From: Octopus vulgaris
Taxonomy: Eukaryota
Length of the DNA stretch: 64,000 nt
Assembly (NCBI GenBank): GCA_951406725.2
Contig: OX597818.1
Span: 98,828,001 to 98,892,000, forward strand
Direction: 5' to 3'
Below are positions 40,598 through 54,541 of this stretch, piece by piece. A model generated the notes under the pieces. The model did not search any database. It was given only the letters and a program-made list of their open reading frames with translations, and was not told the DNA's origin. Every line of letters begins with the position of its first letter. The first letter of the stretch is position 1. The position numbers and the translations under genes were made by a program.

Positions 40598-40628
<31 letters not shown>

Positions 40629-40735
40629 ATGTACACACATACATATATTTACACAAATTCGTGCATACATGAAAACAGATCCATTTATATATACATACAT
40701 ATATATATCTCCACATACATACAAACATACACATA

Positions 40736-41037
40736 TCTATATATAAACGGCAAAATGTCTGTGTGTGTGTAGCCTTTATACAAATCCACAATTTTTTAGA
40801 TTGAGGGATCGCACTTTCTATGGTCATTCAAACCCGTCCAAGGGTGGTCGTGCATATCTTTACATTTCCCCAGTCGCCCCGCAAAGCCATTAAAAAATCA
40901 ATTGAAGTGACTTTTTTGTGAATTTTCTATCCAAATCCCAATCAAAATGCCCGAAACTTGATATGCCAATTGAATGCTAGCTAGCTGTATATGCATGCAC
41001 TAGCACTATGACCCGGCGTTGCCGGGTCATAGTGCTA

Positions 41038-41038
<1 letters not shown>
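40736..41038 (+). mobile_element. non-autonomous Helitron with palindromic end
   Basis: A|TC start (tctatatataaacggc); ends gccgggtcatagtgCTAG|T. Confidence 0.8.
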
Positions 41039-41074
<36 letters not shown>

Positions 41075-41165
41075 CTCTTATTTTTAGCAATACTGGTACT
41101 AATTAGTAACCTCTGTCACTTTAGTAACCTTTATTAATGCCTGTAAATATATATATATATATCTT

Positions 41166-41388
41166 TACTCTTTTACTTGTTTCAGTCATTTTGCCTGCGG
41201 CCATTCTGGAGCACCGACTTTAGTCGAGAAAATCGACCCCAGGACTTATTCTCTGTAAGCCTAGTACTTATTCTATCGGTCTCTTTTTGCCGAACCGCTA
41301 AGTTACGGGGACGTAAACACACTAGCATCGGTTGTCAAGCGATATTGGGGACACACACACAAACATATGCACACATGCATATATATAA

Positions 41389-41456
<68 letters not shown>

Positions 41457-41752
41457 ATCACGTGACCGACCAGGCTATCAGATGTTGCTACACAACGCTG
41501 ATCACAATGCGCTTCGCATTGTTTTAGCCTTCAAATGACGCCACCCCGCTGGCTAAGCGAGCAGGTCAATATATATATATATATATATACGCGACGGACT
41601 TCTTTCAGTTTCCGTCTACCAAATCCACTCAGAAGGCTTTGGTCGGCTCGAGGCTATATTAGAAGACTCTTGCCCAAGGTGCCACGCAGTGGGACTGAAC
41701 CCGGAACCATGTGGTTGGTAAGCAAGTTACTTACCACACACCCACTCCTGCG

Positions 41753-41754
<2 letters not shown>
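41166..41754 (-). mobile_element. SINE family C with nested 120-bp element
   Basis: Homologous to 4611-5130; 41451-41568 sits in its (TA)n tract. Confidence 0.85.
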
Positions 41755-41791
<37 letters not shown>

Positions 41792-41811
41792 ATATATATA
41801 TATACATGTAT

Positions 41812-42222
41812 TTTCAAACACTTTGTCTTGTTTGTAAAACTAGAAATTATTTTACCCAATTAATTTTAAAATAAAGTCATATGTTATTTCCAACAATATA
41901 ATACATTAGTGGTTTATCGTTTCTAAGTAACTATGTAATTGGTGTTATATAAGAAGTTTATAGTTATATTTTTTCACTAGGATAGGTTTTTCTCATAAAT
42001 GCTATTCATATATATATATATATTCAAACACTTTGTCTTGTATAAAACTGGAAATTATCCCAATTAATTTTATAATAAAGTCATATGTTATTTCCAACAA
42101 TATTATACAATAGTGGTTTATCGTTTGTAAGTAACTATGTAGTTGGTGTTATATAAGAAGCTTGTAGTTATATTTTTCAGAAAACATCTCACTAGGATAG
42201 GTTTTTCTTGCAAATGCTATTC
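41812..42222. repeat. ~200-bp tandem duplication
   Basis: ttcaaacactttgtcttg...aaatgctattca occurs twice, each preceded by (TA)n. Confidence 0.9.
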
Positions 42223-43090
42223 AAATAGCAGTCATATTGGCGACATTGACATCAATGATAATACAGCGTCGTGTTAGAGTAGGACTGAACAAAACACGGT
42301 CATGAAAGGCCACCCTAATTTATTAGCATGTTTACTTTCTTTATACGTTACTATTCAATTATAGGAGTTAAATATGTCTTAAATTTATTTTTGCATCATT
42401 AACTCATTTTCTGCATTAACCAAGCAAATCATACTATAACTAGTGTAAGAGATTTAACTGTTCCACTTCACATGAAAAGCGATCAAAATGTCAAGGCAAG
42501 TTAGTCAGGCGCCGATTTGACGGAGATTTTCGAGTTTCCGGTTCGAATGTAATGCATTATTTGCTTACGGTTTTCTAGTTTCTGAGTTCAAATCACGCAA
42601 TGGTCACCTTTCTTCAATTTGACCTTGATTAATAAAACAGCGACCCAAGGTAGTTGGTTGGTATTGGTAATTCAGACAATTGTTTTAATATCTGCTGAGG
42701 TACCTTGTTGTATCGAGTTTTGGTCTCTGCATTCTAATTTTGAAAGTTCGCTTTTCTATCACCAGCCATTTAATGTCGATAAAAAGGGCTTTTCAGGATT
42801 CGGATAACAGTACAAAGCATCTGGAGTCAGACGGAACGAAGCATCGTTTAGAATAGCACACCAGTTACATGAATAAAAGGAAGCTAGACCTTGCATAGAG
42901 TGATATAAACAACGCTGGAAGATGAGCAACAACAAATAATTAGTCTATCGTTTCATCATTATGCTGAATCACATTTTATAATTAGGTATTGGTTAATAAA
43001 TTAATCTCACGTATAGTAATACAATAATGAAGCTGACCTTTTAAATTACACACTATTTCAATCAACCAATTTCACTCACAAGCGTATGTA

Positions 43091-43134
<44 letters not shown>

Positions 43135-43259
43135 AATAATTACAACGATATAGATATGGACACTTGATCATCTTCAACCTTTATTTCCTTTTATTTTATA
43201 ATTTTATGCAGCTTATTTTTATTCGTGTTACACATCGGAGGAATGTACACCGTGAATAA

Positions 43260-43690
43260 CAGCTATAAGTAGTTAGATATGCTAAATACTAATCCATGCG
43301 GTTAGACGTAACCTGCAACATAACTGAGAGCCACCACACCATCCGGCCGGATAACATATCCCTCCAACCTCACACTATAATGCATCGTCACCACAGTTCA
43401 ATCGTGCTGGATGATCATGAATTGTGACTCGTTTTTCCGCATGATTCAACTCGTCACTTGCTGGAGATTCGTGTCAGTGGTTACAACCAATGGTCTCTCG
43501 TTACATGGATTTTTCTTCAATGCCAGATTCCTTTACTTTAATTTCCTTCATCCAACTGTGCACATTACTGTTGTCAGTTGTGTCATCTGAAAGAAACATA
43601 ATCCTTTTCCCGATGTCAGACAGCTTGCATCCCTTCCATCGCCAAAAGCTCAATGATGGCACGTTGCTTCTTCTTGGAAACCATTATTTG
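43260..43690 (-). mobile_element. decayed mariner N-terminal fragment
   Basis: KQRAIIELLAMEG-type HTH start on the minus strand. Confidence 0.55.
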
Positions 43691-43799
43691 CCTGCAGCGA
43701 AGAACAAGAAGAAGAGTTGGTATAAAGTAAGAATTAAATTATTGTTGTGTTGTTTAAACGATTTGTGTTAATTGATAAAGACGTTACATATATTTTGCA

Positions 43800-44500
43800 C
43801 CAGATTTGAATAAGAGAAGGACGAAAGGTTCTTTCTGAAAACTTTTGAAGCCAATGAAGACACATTCTTTACCTATTTGGCAATAGGAGATGAATTGCGG
43901 TGGTGAGGGGCGTATGTATGAGCTAGAAACAAAGATTCAGTCCATGGAATGGCGATCCACTTCTATTTTCAACAGCAGTGGTGTTGAAAATATCCACAAA
44001 ATTAAATATATCAACAAAGGATTCTTTCAAACCACTTCTATCAACAACAACAACAACGTATACGAAGTTTAAGAGCCAACGATCAACAATGGACTGGGGT
44101 CAGAAGGATGTCATTCTCTTTGATTTCCTAGAACGTGGATGTATTATGGCCAACGAACCTTACATTCATTAAGAGGTCCTTGTACTGGCTTTTCTAACCC
44201 TTTGGTTAGAAAAGCCATTACAAGGACGAGAACGAATAATAATCTAAAAACAATCCTCATTCACCATGATAACATATAACAACACCTACCTTTAGTACCA
44301 AATCAGACAATCGGTAAATTGAATTGGTCAGTGGGTTCCCCGCACCATACCTCCTGGCTCTGGCAACATGCAACTTCCACCTTTTCAATCCAACGATTTA
44401 ATGACACAGACAAAGTGGATGAAGAGCGTACGACTATGCATACCTGGATTCCTTCAAAGCAGATTCGTGACCTTGCTCCGAGGTCGGTGCAAATACATCG
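43800..44500 (+). mobile_element. decayed mariner catalytic-domain fragment
   Basis: GDE..YELETKIQSMEW, WGQKDVILFDFLERG and ILIHHDN remnants. Confidence 0.7.
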
Positions 44501-45469
44501 CTTACGATGAAAACTAAAGTAAGCTGTACCCTTGTATAAAGAAAAGGACACCCTACCTACAATGGTAATGTGAACGACCAATGTCAGTTAATAAAAAAAG
44601 TTATACTAAATCTTGAAAGGGTTGTGGGACAAAGCCCTTGAATAGAAATAGAGAAACATATTCTTGGACATATCAGGTACATGAACTGATATAAATAGAA
44701 CTTCTTCAAATAATCACAATCTTTGCCTCACAAGATGTTTTTATTCTTATAACGATATTATAAAATCTAAAATTTGGGGAAGGAAATATGTGAATATTTC
44801 TTTTCTCTGACTCAGTTTATACCTATGAGGCATCATATAGAGAAATATATGTGTGTGTGTACATATATATATATATATAAATATATATATTAGAAAAAAT
44901 GAGGTACTCCGAAGTCTGGATGGTTTTACATTTACAGATATTTATTACTATGTTACATGTTTTTATAAATCATATGTAATATATAGCGCTTTCGTCCACT
45001 CTAGTGGAGTTTACAAATTGAAATATATATATATATATATTTTAGTGGGATCCGTAATGCTGCTACTATAGCTACTTGTGGCAGAGTTGTTACTGCTGCT
45101 ATCGCTTTTAGTGGTAGGCTGATGCCAATATTATAATATCTACTAACTGATATTATAATATCTACTAACTATTGCAATAGCGATAGCAAAGATATCTAAC
45201 CTAGAAGTAGCAGCCTGCACACCTTGCTCACTGATGGTATTGTTGCGTACAGTATTAGTGTCGGTTGAGATAGTAGTGATAGGAGGAATATTAATATTAT
45301 TATTAATGTTTTTCCTACTGCCATTTTTATTAGAAGCGGTGCCAACATTCCCCGAGCCTGAGCTCGGCAACTAATTATAATAGTCAGCAACATTTTGACT
45401 GGTACTTTTCGTTTTACAAACCAACTGCAAATTTACAAATTACGTATTGGTATCTAATATTGATTTCAA

Positions 45470-45679
45470 AGTGTGGCAGAAAGCCAGCAATTTCGGGAAT
45501 GAAGTAAGTGGATTACATCGATAAAAATCAGTTCAGCTGGTACTTATTTTATCGATCTTGAAAGGATGAAAGGCAAAGTCGGCTTCGGCAGAATTTGAAC
45601 TTACGCAGACTGTAATGACGGACGAAATGCCGATAAGCATTTTTCCCCGGGGTGCCCACAATTCTGTCAACTCGCCGCC
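45470..45679 (-). mobile_element. SINE family A (diverged)
   Basis: Family A homology. Confidence 0.75.
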
Positions 45680-45682
45680 TTA

Positions 45683-45887
45683 AATATTGATATCTTATTG
45701 ATATCTTATTGATATCATATTAATATCATATTGATATCTTATTGATACCTTAAATATTGATATCTTAATGATATCTTTTTGATATCTTATTGATATCATA
45801 TTGATATCCTATTGATATCTTATTGATATCATATTGATATCTTATTGATATCTTATTGATATCCTAAATATTGATATCTTATATTGA
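45683..45887. repeat. 11-bp minisatellite (ttattgatatc)n
   Basis: Seen directly, with variant units. Confidence 0.9.
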
Positions 45888-47139
45888 CAAAGATCTAGAA
45901 ATGTGTTGAGGATAATCATGAAACGATGAAAATAAAGGTGACATGATACATTATGGGATTTTAATACAGAGTCTAATGAAGGTAACTAAATCTTGCAGTT
46001 AGTTTGACAATATGTCATACTCGTAGGTTTGATTCCTTCGACTGGTGGTGCCTTGCTCCATTGAGCAAAGTACATCCTAACACGTTGCTCCAGTCTACTC
46101 AGCTGAAAAGTAGTATCAATATGACTGCTGGTGCAGTCCTCCCTTCGAACAGTTGTTACATCCTCAATGTACCACTGGTCCAAGAACAAGAGGACTGAGA
46201 GGTGTGTCTATGTCTGTTCACGTCTATATAAGTACTAAAACAACTTGCAAAAGCGTGGTACAAACTATCAGGTCATATTCGCTTAGAAGTGACGGCTAAG
46301 ATATATCATGGCCACCATTCTGCTGAGTTTTATAGCAAAACATTGATAGCAGATTAGTTGTGTTCTTTAATGGAAATGTCTACTCGAGCTGTAAAATTCA
46401 TGACTGTACTTTGCTATCTACCTAGATTACATGCAGAAGATATCTCAAATGATGCCGGAAAAATTAGGTGCCGGAAAAATTAGATGCCGAAAAAAATAGT
46501 TGTCTGGATAGAATAATAAATATTAAATAACATAACTCATTAAGTATTAGCAAAAAGTATAGCAGATTTTCCCATCATATTCTTTGTCTAGGGCGTGTAG
46601 AGTATGTCGAAATTCTTTACTTACCGTAGATGACATAACTGAAATAAAAAAACTACTCTGTATATTCAAATTTAATCTTGCTTCATACACGCCATCGCCA
46701 CCACCACTTCACATTACAGTCCCTTTCTTAGCTCTTGGTATTTTTAGTACCACACGAATTAAAAGTTTTTGAAAGGCAGTTAACTCTGTTACTTAATCAT
46801 TACCACCAAATAATTCAGCTACCCTGAATAGTTTATTGTCGAGTAAATCATTATTACGAAGGAAATCGCAAACTCTTTCAAGTGTATAAGAAGAGAAAAG
46901 CGTATTCATTCGAAGGCAGTCACGCACTTTGAGCAGACACAAAACAGAGGTTTAGATATAACTGGATATGAACCGAGAACTTTGTCAACAAATGTAACAA
47001 TACTTATTTAATCACTTCAAAGTATAATGAGTATTCTAGATATATGAATGAATTGCGTGCCATTATCCTGAAGGCGTATGTGCATATGAATGCATGCCTA
47101 TAAATATATATATACGTACGTACATACCTACCCACCTAC

Positions 47140-47179
<40 letters not shown>

Positions 47180-47228
47180 GCACACGCGCACATACATACA
47201 TACATACATACATACATACATACATACA

Positions 47229-47259
<31 letters not shown>

Positions 47260-47666
47260 GCATGTGTGTCAATATATGCATATATATATAAGACCTTTTT
47301 CTTAGAATAGATACAGTTACAAGAGTATCTTCTTCAGATAACCTTTCTGCCTCTCCTGAGAAAATATTCGAAGATAAAAATGTGAGTACAACAAATTTTT
47401 TGACAATTTTCTCTTAGAGATTTTTTTAATATTGCATTAAAACATACTTAATTGATTTAAATTTAATTTTTCTCACCTAGTTTGCATTCAAGTCCTAACC
47501 AATTATATTTGTTTTAAAAGTTGCTTTAAAATTTATCTGAATATTCATCAGTTCATTTCTTCTTTGCAAGTTTTCCTCTCTTCCTTTCGCCCACTATTAA
47601 GCAATCACAAACATAATTATATACATACATATTAAATTATACTGTGTTTTATTAATTATATTGTAT

Positions 47667-47735
<69 letters not shown>

Positions 47736-47849
47736 TAGAATAATGTAAATATATGTAATTCGTTATTATATTTATACAATTAAAGACAGTACGTATATAT
47801 AGATACATTCATATATGTATGTGTGTGTACACATTCATACATATATATA

Positions 47850-47940
<91 letters not shown>

Positions 47941-48253
47941 GAAATGAGGTAATCAGAAGATCGGATGGTTTATATTTACAGATATTTATTTATATATTAC
48001 ATTTTTTACATATATATCATATCACTGAGATCATTAGCGCTTTCTCCCATTCTAGTGGGGTTTTCAGCTATATGATAATATATATATAAGCTACATATAT
48101 AATTTATGCATAATATACGTATCATTTTTAAACGGCAGAATTTACAAAGTGATTCAAGCGTCGAGAGGTTTCGTATATGTCATTTATCAAACTTTGAGAA
48201 GATCCGCGCAGAAACGTTCGGCCTTTTGTAACTTCTGCAGATTAAAAATAATA

Positions 48254-48316
<63 letters not shown>

Positions 48317-49214
48317 CGTATTGATTTCTAGTCACTAGCGGTGTTCTCCGATGGATTTCGTTGATCCCTCTCTTCTTTTTAGTGTACATAAAAATTCATC
48401 AGAATAAAACTATTTGCAGATGATTTTAAGCTTCAGAAGATTATCAAAAAAGATGATTGAATAAGATTCAAGTGCTAGTTTTATGTTGTAAGCCATCGGG
48501 TAGGAAAGTAAAGTATACTTTGCTAAATAAGGAAATTTTTTGAATACACTTTTGTCTATCTGTTTGATTTTCATATCTCATAGCCACTTTAAGTGATTGT
48601 TTCCAAGGACATGTTCTATTTCATGGTCATATCATTTTTCTTGCTTGTTCAAATGCAAATATGTTGATTAGTGAATAATACGATTGAAGCAAGTTTGTGC
48701 CAATTATTTGCAAACTATCTGAGCAAGCATTTACAGTCAGAGACTACATCGCAGACGTTTCTTCACTTTCGCCACACATTCTAAATAGGGTTTGGTTGGC
48801 TTCTGATTGCTTGATCCTTGCTGCTCAGGATCAAGCACTCGGAATAAGATTCATCAGAAACACAATATGCCTGAAAGGTCGATGTATTCAAATAAATAAC
48901 TAAAAATTAAAATAATGAATACATACAAATATTTTCTTTCACATACATCCGTATTTATAGATAGTATATGATGTATAGAAACATCATGCATACACTTTAA
49001 GGCTTTTCTACCGTAAATTATCCAGTCGTTTAGGATTCTTTTTCAAACGATTATTACAATTATAACAGATTTTCTTTTATTTTTGTCAAACAATTGTATT
49101 TATAAAATAGAATTGGTCGGTTCAAATATTTAATTATCAATGTCATTTAATTCTGATCAACAGCTTACCATACAAAATTAAATTTGTCCTTGGAAAATTC
49201 AAACCTTAATTGAA

Positions 49215-49360
49215 ATGGCAAGTTACTGTCACACACCCTCCAGGCACCCGCTCAACTTTGCCACTATTCCAGAAAAACTACATCAGCTTGCTATCGAAGA
49301 TCCAGAAAAAGATGCAATAGTTATCTATGACAGCAAACTCCAAAGGACAAGTTTCACAAG
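49215..49360 (+). CDS. ANL/acyl-CoA synthetase-like paralog 3, coding exon 1
   Basis: Acceptor caacag at 49163, in-frame TAA upstream, MASYCHTPSRHPLNFATIPEKL...RTSFTR, donor gtatgt at 49361. Confidence 0.9.
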
Positions 49361-50264
49361 GTATGTGTCATTTTCCCGATTTCGACAATCTCTGTCTTTT
49401 TCTTATTCTTTTCTTCAAAGACTGATTTCTTTCTCTACTTTCGACTGGAAAGAATGTGCGTGTGTTGGAGCTATCACAGGTTACATAATTTAAAGACATA
49501 TTTCTACCAGTTAAGACGTCACTGTATTTCATTTTGACCATGAGAAAATTTGAATAATCAAAGCTTAGAGATATTAGTCAATTTGAGTTCGGTATTTCAT
49601 CGGGAACAGCGTTCGGTACAATTTGCAAGAATAAACATTCTATTGAAACACTAACTCAGTCTTCTGCATCGTGGTTTTCAATTTCTATGTTAGTCCAAGC
49701 TAAAAATCCTGTAACACACTCTGTTCAGCTACATCCTTCCTTGGACAAACCTCCTACCATAGTATGAATTAAGTTGCTTTTTACTTGATGGAAACCAATA
49801 GTTTAGGTGAGATGTTATTGCAATATCGATTACATACAATGATAATATTAATTGGTGCCAAATGATTTAAAATAAGTCAAAATTTGCAAGTTACTTTAGA
49901 ATTATTTAAATAATATTTTAGGGTGAAGTATGATTCGCTTATTTCTTACTACTAGAAAATGCACCCTTCACCAAAAATTAGTAGTTCTTAGAAAGCAAAT
50001 ACTGTAGATAAAAAAGTAGATCCCACTGCGAATCGCCTGCTAAACTTATCACTTTTGCATGTAATCCCCCTCGGATTTGTTTCATTCCATTTGCTTAAGG
50101 CATAACCATCACATCAAAATAATTCCACACTCGATTAATATTTATTACGTAAATATCCATTCGATATCTAACAGCTAAATCATTTTTGATAGAATTTGTA
50201 AACTATATTTACATAAAATTTCATGATGGATTATATTATATTACTTTTTTCTTTTCTTGTAAAG

Positions 50265-51768
50265 GAAACAACTCTATGATGAAACGGAGAGTGTTGCTAG
50301 AGCTCTTGTCAAACAAGGAATCAAGAAAGGTGATCGAATTGCCCTCTGTGTATCGAACTGTGTGGAGTGGATTGCATATGACAGCGGCATTATGATGGCA
50401 GGAGGGTGTTCAGTGAGGCTGTTTGCTGGACAAGCCGATTTCTTACCCATGTTAGAAGATTGTGTGGCAGTAATTTTTGACTCAGAGCCAACATTTTACA
50501 ACAAATTACTTAAAGTAGCAAATATCTTAGAAGATGGCACTGTAATCAGTGAAACGTACTCAAAACTGCGTCTTGCTATTACTGTTGCAAACACAAATTC
50601 AGATATTAAAGGTTTATCTTTAGATGAGATGAAAGAAACGGCAAAGAACGATCTGAACATAATTCTTCCTCGAGTGGACCCCGAAGATATCACAATTATT
50701 GCACAAACATCTGGATCAACAGGAAAACCTAAGCGGGTTACTCATAGTAGTTTTGATATTGTTAATTGTTCCGAGATGTTTTGTGATCTTTATAATTTAA
50801 CTGGCGACGATGCAGTTTTCATATCCCGTTATTTTGGCTTTGGAGGAGGGTACCCTTTCCCGTTTATCGGAAATGGATCTAAATTTGTCGACGCAGAATT
50901 ACGTAGCATAAACTACCCAAAAGATTTTTCTAAATATAGAGATCTCGCGAAAATAGAGGGCTGTACTTGGTTGAATATGCTTCCGTCAGATTTACGTTAC
51001 TGCACGGAAGGAAAAAATGTTGCACCTAACATAATGACAGCAGGTGATATAGCTTCTTTTGACGCGGTGAAACAAGGTTTAAATTGGGCATCGACGATTG
51101 ATTACCATTTAGCAAGTGCTGAGACTCTTTTAATTGGATCAATGACGATAACCAAGCATAATATAGGAGATTATGTTCCTGGAATAATTGGTCGACCATT
51201 TCCTAATACTGAAGCTAAAATTGTGGATGATAAAAACTGCATTGTCGACATCGGTCAAGAAGGTTATTTATGTGTTCGAAGTAAATGGTGCACAAAAGTA
51301 ACTACTAATGGAGAATCTGTTCAACAAAATGGATGGTTTAAGACAAGAGACATATGTAAAATGAATGAAAAGAAGGAAATATTTCTGGTTAGCAGAGATG
51401 ATCTGTTCATTCAGAAAGAAACTAGAAAAATAGGAATTACATTTGTTGAGCAGCATATGAAACGTCACCCAGATATTGATGACGTCATTCTTGTCCCTGT
51501 GCCAGATGAAGATCTTCAATTAAAAGCCTGTGCTTGTGTCATTATGAAATCTGGAAAAAAATTTGATCAGAAAAATATTCTTCAATTCTGCATGGAAAAC
51601 CTTCCTCAGCCAAAGGATTTTGACTATATATCATCAAACCCTGATTATATTATACAGTTCGACAAATTTTCCAAATTGATAAATGGCAAGGTTGACAGAA
51701 TCTCAATAAAGGACATGGCAATTAAATCTCTCGTTCAATCACATTCTTTGTGTGCGAAAACAAAATAA
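50265..51768 (+). CDS. ANL/acyl-CoA synthetase-like paralog 3, coding exon 2 (549 aa spliced)
   Basis: Pyrimidine tract plus aag acceptor at 50264, in-frame KQLYDE..GIKKGDRIAL; QTSGSTGKPKR, GWFKTRD, KLINGKVDR. Confidence 0.93.
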
Positions 51769-52112
51769 TCTAATCCAGGGAATAAGGATTGCTTCCACTT
51801 TTAAATTTGTTAACCAGTTTTGTTATTTTAGAAATATTAAAATGCAATTTTGTTGAAAATATAGAGACCATTAACCAGAAGTTAGCTTAATACCAGGCGA
51901 TTCATATTCAATTGTTCTTTATATTACTGCATTAAAATCATTGTTGTATCGATTTGACCAATACGAATCCTTTTGCATTATAAAATGACTATTTTACTAC
52001 ATAATACTGTAACTTAAATTCTATTTTTTTCTAATGATTTTGAATTCATATTCGTGACACGTATCAGTCACATTTATAACAACTGCTATATTATACCCTT
52101 TTTGTGTTCTTT

Positions 52113-52118
52113 AATAAA
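52113..52118 (+). terminator. putative poly(A) signal, paralog 3
   Basis: AATAAAactatt preceded by catttataac, as in paralogs 1 and 2. Confidence 0.55.
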
Positions 52119-52407
52119 ACTATTGAACCATATCATGTCTCTGTGTTTTATGCTGTGAAATATTAACGTTGAAACTCATCACAAACACGTTTGTAGATAG
52201 ATAGTGACCAATAAAATATAGATTATGTAGTGTTAATTTCTATAATTACAATATTATGACATAATTTTCATTAACTTGGAGCAATGCGATGATTTAAATA
52301 GAAATTATACCAAGGAGAAATAAAGTCAGTGTCAAAAAGAATCAAAATAAAGTCTAAACGCTGTGTCATTGATAAATAGAGAATCATGTTTTGTAATTTT
52401 GGTCTCA

Positions 52408-52797
52408 AATTTTGGCACAAGACTGCAATTTCGGGGGAAGGGATAAGTCAATTGTATCGGCCTCATTGCGCAACTGGAACCCCAGCGGAATTTGAACTCA
52501 GAACGTAAAGACGAACGAAATGCCGCTAAGCATATCGCCCGGTGTGCTAACGATTATGCTAGCTCGCCACCTTAAAATGCTTTGTAATTTTTACAGAAGG
52601 CCTGAAATATTTTTGGGGGGAGGAGGGTACTAGTGAATTACAACGACTCAGTGTTTTACTGGTATTTGATTTATCAACCCCGAAAGGATATAAGACGAAG
52701 TCGACCTCGGCGGCACTTGTACTCAACACACTAAGGAGGATGAAATGCCGTTATGCATTTTTCCCGGTGTGCTAACGATTCTGCCAGCTCGCCGCCT
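52408..52797 (-). mobile_element. two SINE family A copies
   Basis: Family A homology. Confidence 0.8.
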
Positions 52798-52809
52798 TAG
52801 TAATAATAA

Positions 52810-54250
52810 TAAACACACACAAATGAAAGAGAAAAATAAAGAAAGAATACTATAGACGAGTTAGATCAATACTAAAAACAGAGTTCAATGCTAAAAACAA
52901 GATAATAGGTATTAACACTTTAACCGTCCCAGTTACAAGTTACAGCTACAATATCCTTAACTGGACACTAAATGAACTAACCAAAATAGATAGGAAAACA
53001 AGATAAATAATGACAGGATCTAAGATGCACCACCCAAATCTGACATAGAAAGGTTATACATACAACGTATAGAAACTGGTAGAGACCTTATACAACTGGA
53101 AAACTATTATAAAATAACCACCATAGGACTGCAAAATATCTACTTCAGAAGCAAGGAAAACTGATACGAAAAGCGGCAAAACACGGCCAAAACAAAAAAC
53201 TGTTCTCAGTATTTACGCTGACAAATGCAAAGAAATCATACTACCTAACAAATATGAAGAAGAAGAAGAAGAAGAAGAAGAAGAAGAAGAAGAAGAAGAA
53301 GAAGAAGAAGAAGAAGAAGAAGAAGAAGAAGAAGAAGAAGAAGAAGAAGAAGAAGAAGAAACAACAAAAGTTATAAAACAAATGTAATCCAAAGTAAAAC
53401 TAGAACAGCAACGATGGCAAGAAAAGCCCCTTCATAGCAAATACTGGACTAAACTAAATGCAAAAGAAATAGACAGAGAAAAATCCAAGCAATGGTTGAG
53501 AATCTCAGGACTCAAAGCAGAGACAGAGGGGTTTTTAATTGCAGCACAAGACCAGAAATTACCAAAAACATATAATGAAAAGAAAAATAACAAGTAACTG
53601 CAGAATATGTGGAGATGGACAAGAAACAGTAAATCACATTATCTCTGGCTGCCCAGTCCTGGCTAAGAAGGAATATATTCACAGACACGACAGAGTTGGG
53701 ACCTATATACACTGGAAGCTATGTCAACACTATGGAATAACAACAGAAAAAAGATGGTATAGGCACACACCAGAAAAGGTCACAGAAAACGAGAAAGCAA
53801 CCATACTCTGGGATATGCCGATACACACAGATAAAGAAATTAAGGCCAATAGACCAGATATAGTTGTCAGAGATCATGAAGGAAAAAAATGCTTTCTAAT
53901 TGATGTATCAATACCAGCAGATGACAACGTGTCTCTAAAAGGAATGGAGAAACTTTCAAAATACAAAGACCTGGAAATAGAGGTAACTAGAATGTGGAAT
54001 CTAAAAACAGAAACAATTCCTATCATAGTAGGTGCATTAGGCATGATAAAAAAATTTAAAATACATAACAAAAACACCAGGACTTACGAACACCTATAAC
54101 ATACAGAAAATTTCACTACTAGGCACTGCACACATCCAACGCAGAACACTTTCCATACAGTAACCATCAGAGCATCACAGCACATACCCAAGGCATACAG
54201 AGCTGCGCTCGGTAGCGAAGTGAAAGCACTATATAAAAATAAAACTACTG
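52810..54250 (+). mobile_element. Dong/R4-clade retrotransposon 3' part
   Basis: ORF 53539-54099 with CRICGDGQETVNHIISGC knuckle, RHD and RPDIV..D..EKLSKY restriction-like endonuclease; internal (GAA)n; (AAT)n at both ends. Confidence 0.92.
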
Positions 54251-54342
54251 AATAATAATAATAATAATAATAATAACAACAACAACAACAACAACAACAA
54301 CAGCAGCAGCAGCAACAACAACAACAGCAACAACAGCAGCAG

Positions 54343-54373
<31 letters not shown>

Positions 54374-54463
54374 AATAATAACAATAATAATAATAATAAT
54401 AATAATAACAATAACAATAATAATAATAATAATAATAACAATAACAATAATAATAATAATAAT

Positions 54464-54494
<31 letters not shown>

Positions 54495-54541
54495 GCAACA
54501 ACAACAATAACAATAACAATAACAATAACAATAATAATAAC

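Noticed and set aside
45683-46500. CRISPR-like appearance of short repeats (11-bp array; 17-bp tgccggaaaaattag repeats)
   Set aside because: No unique spacers and no cas genes, in a eukaryotic context.
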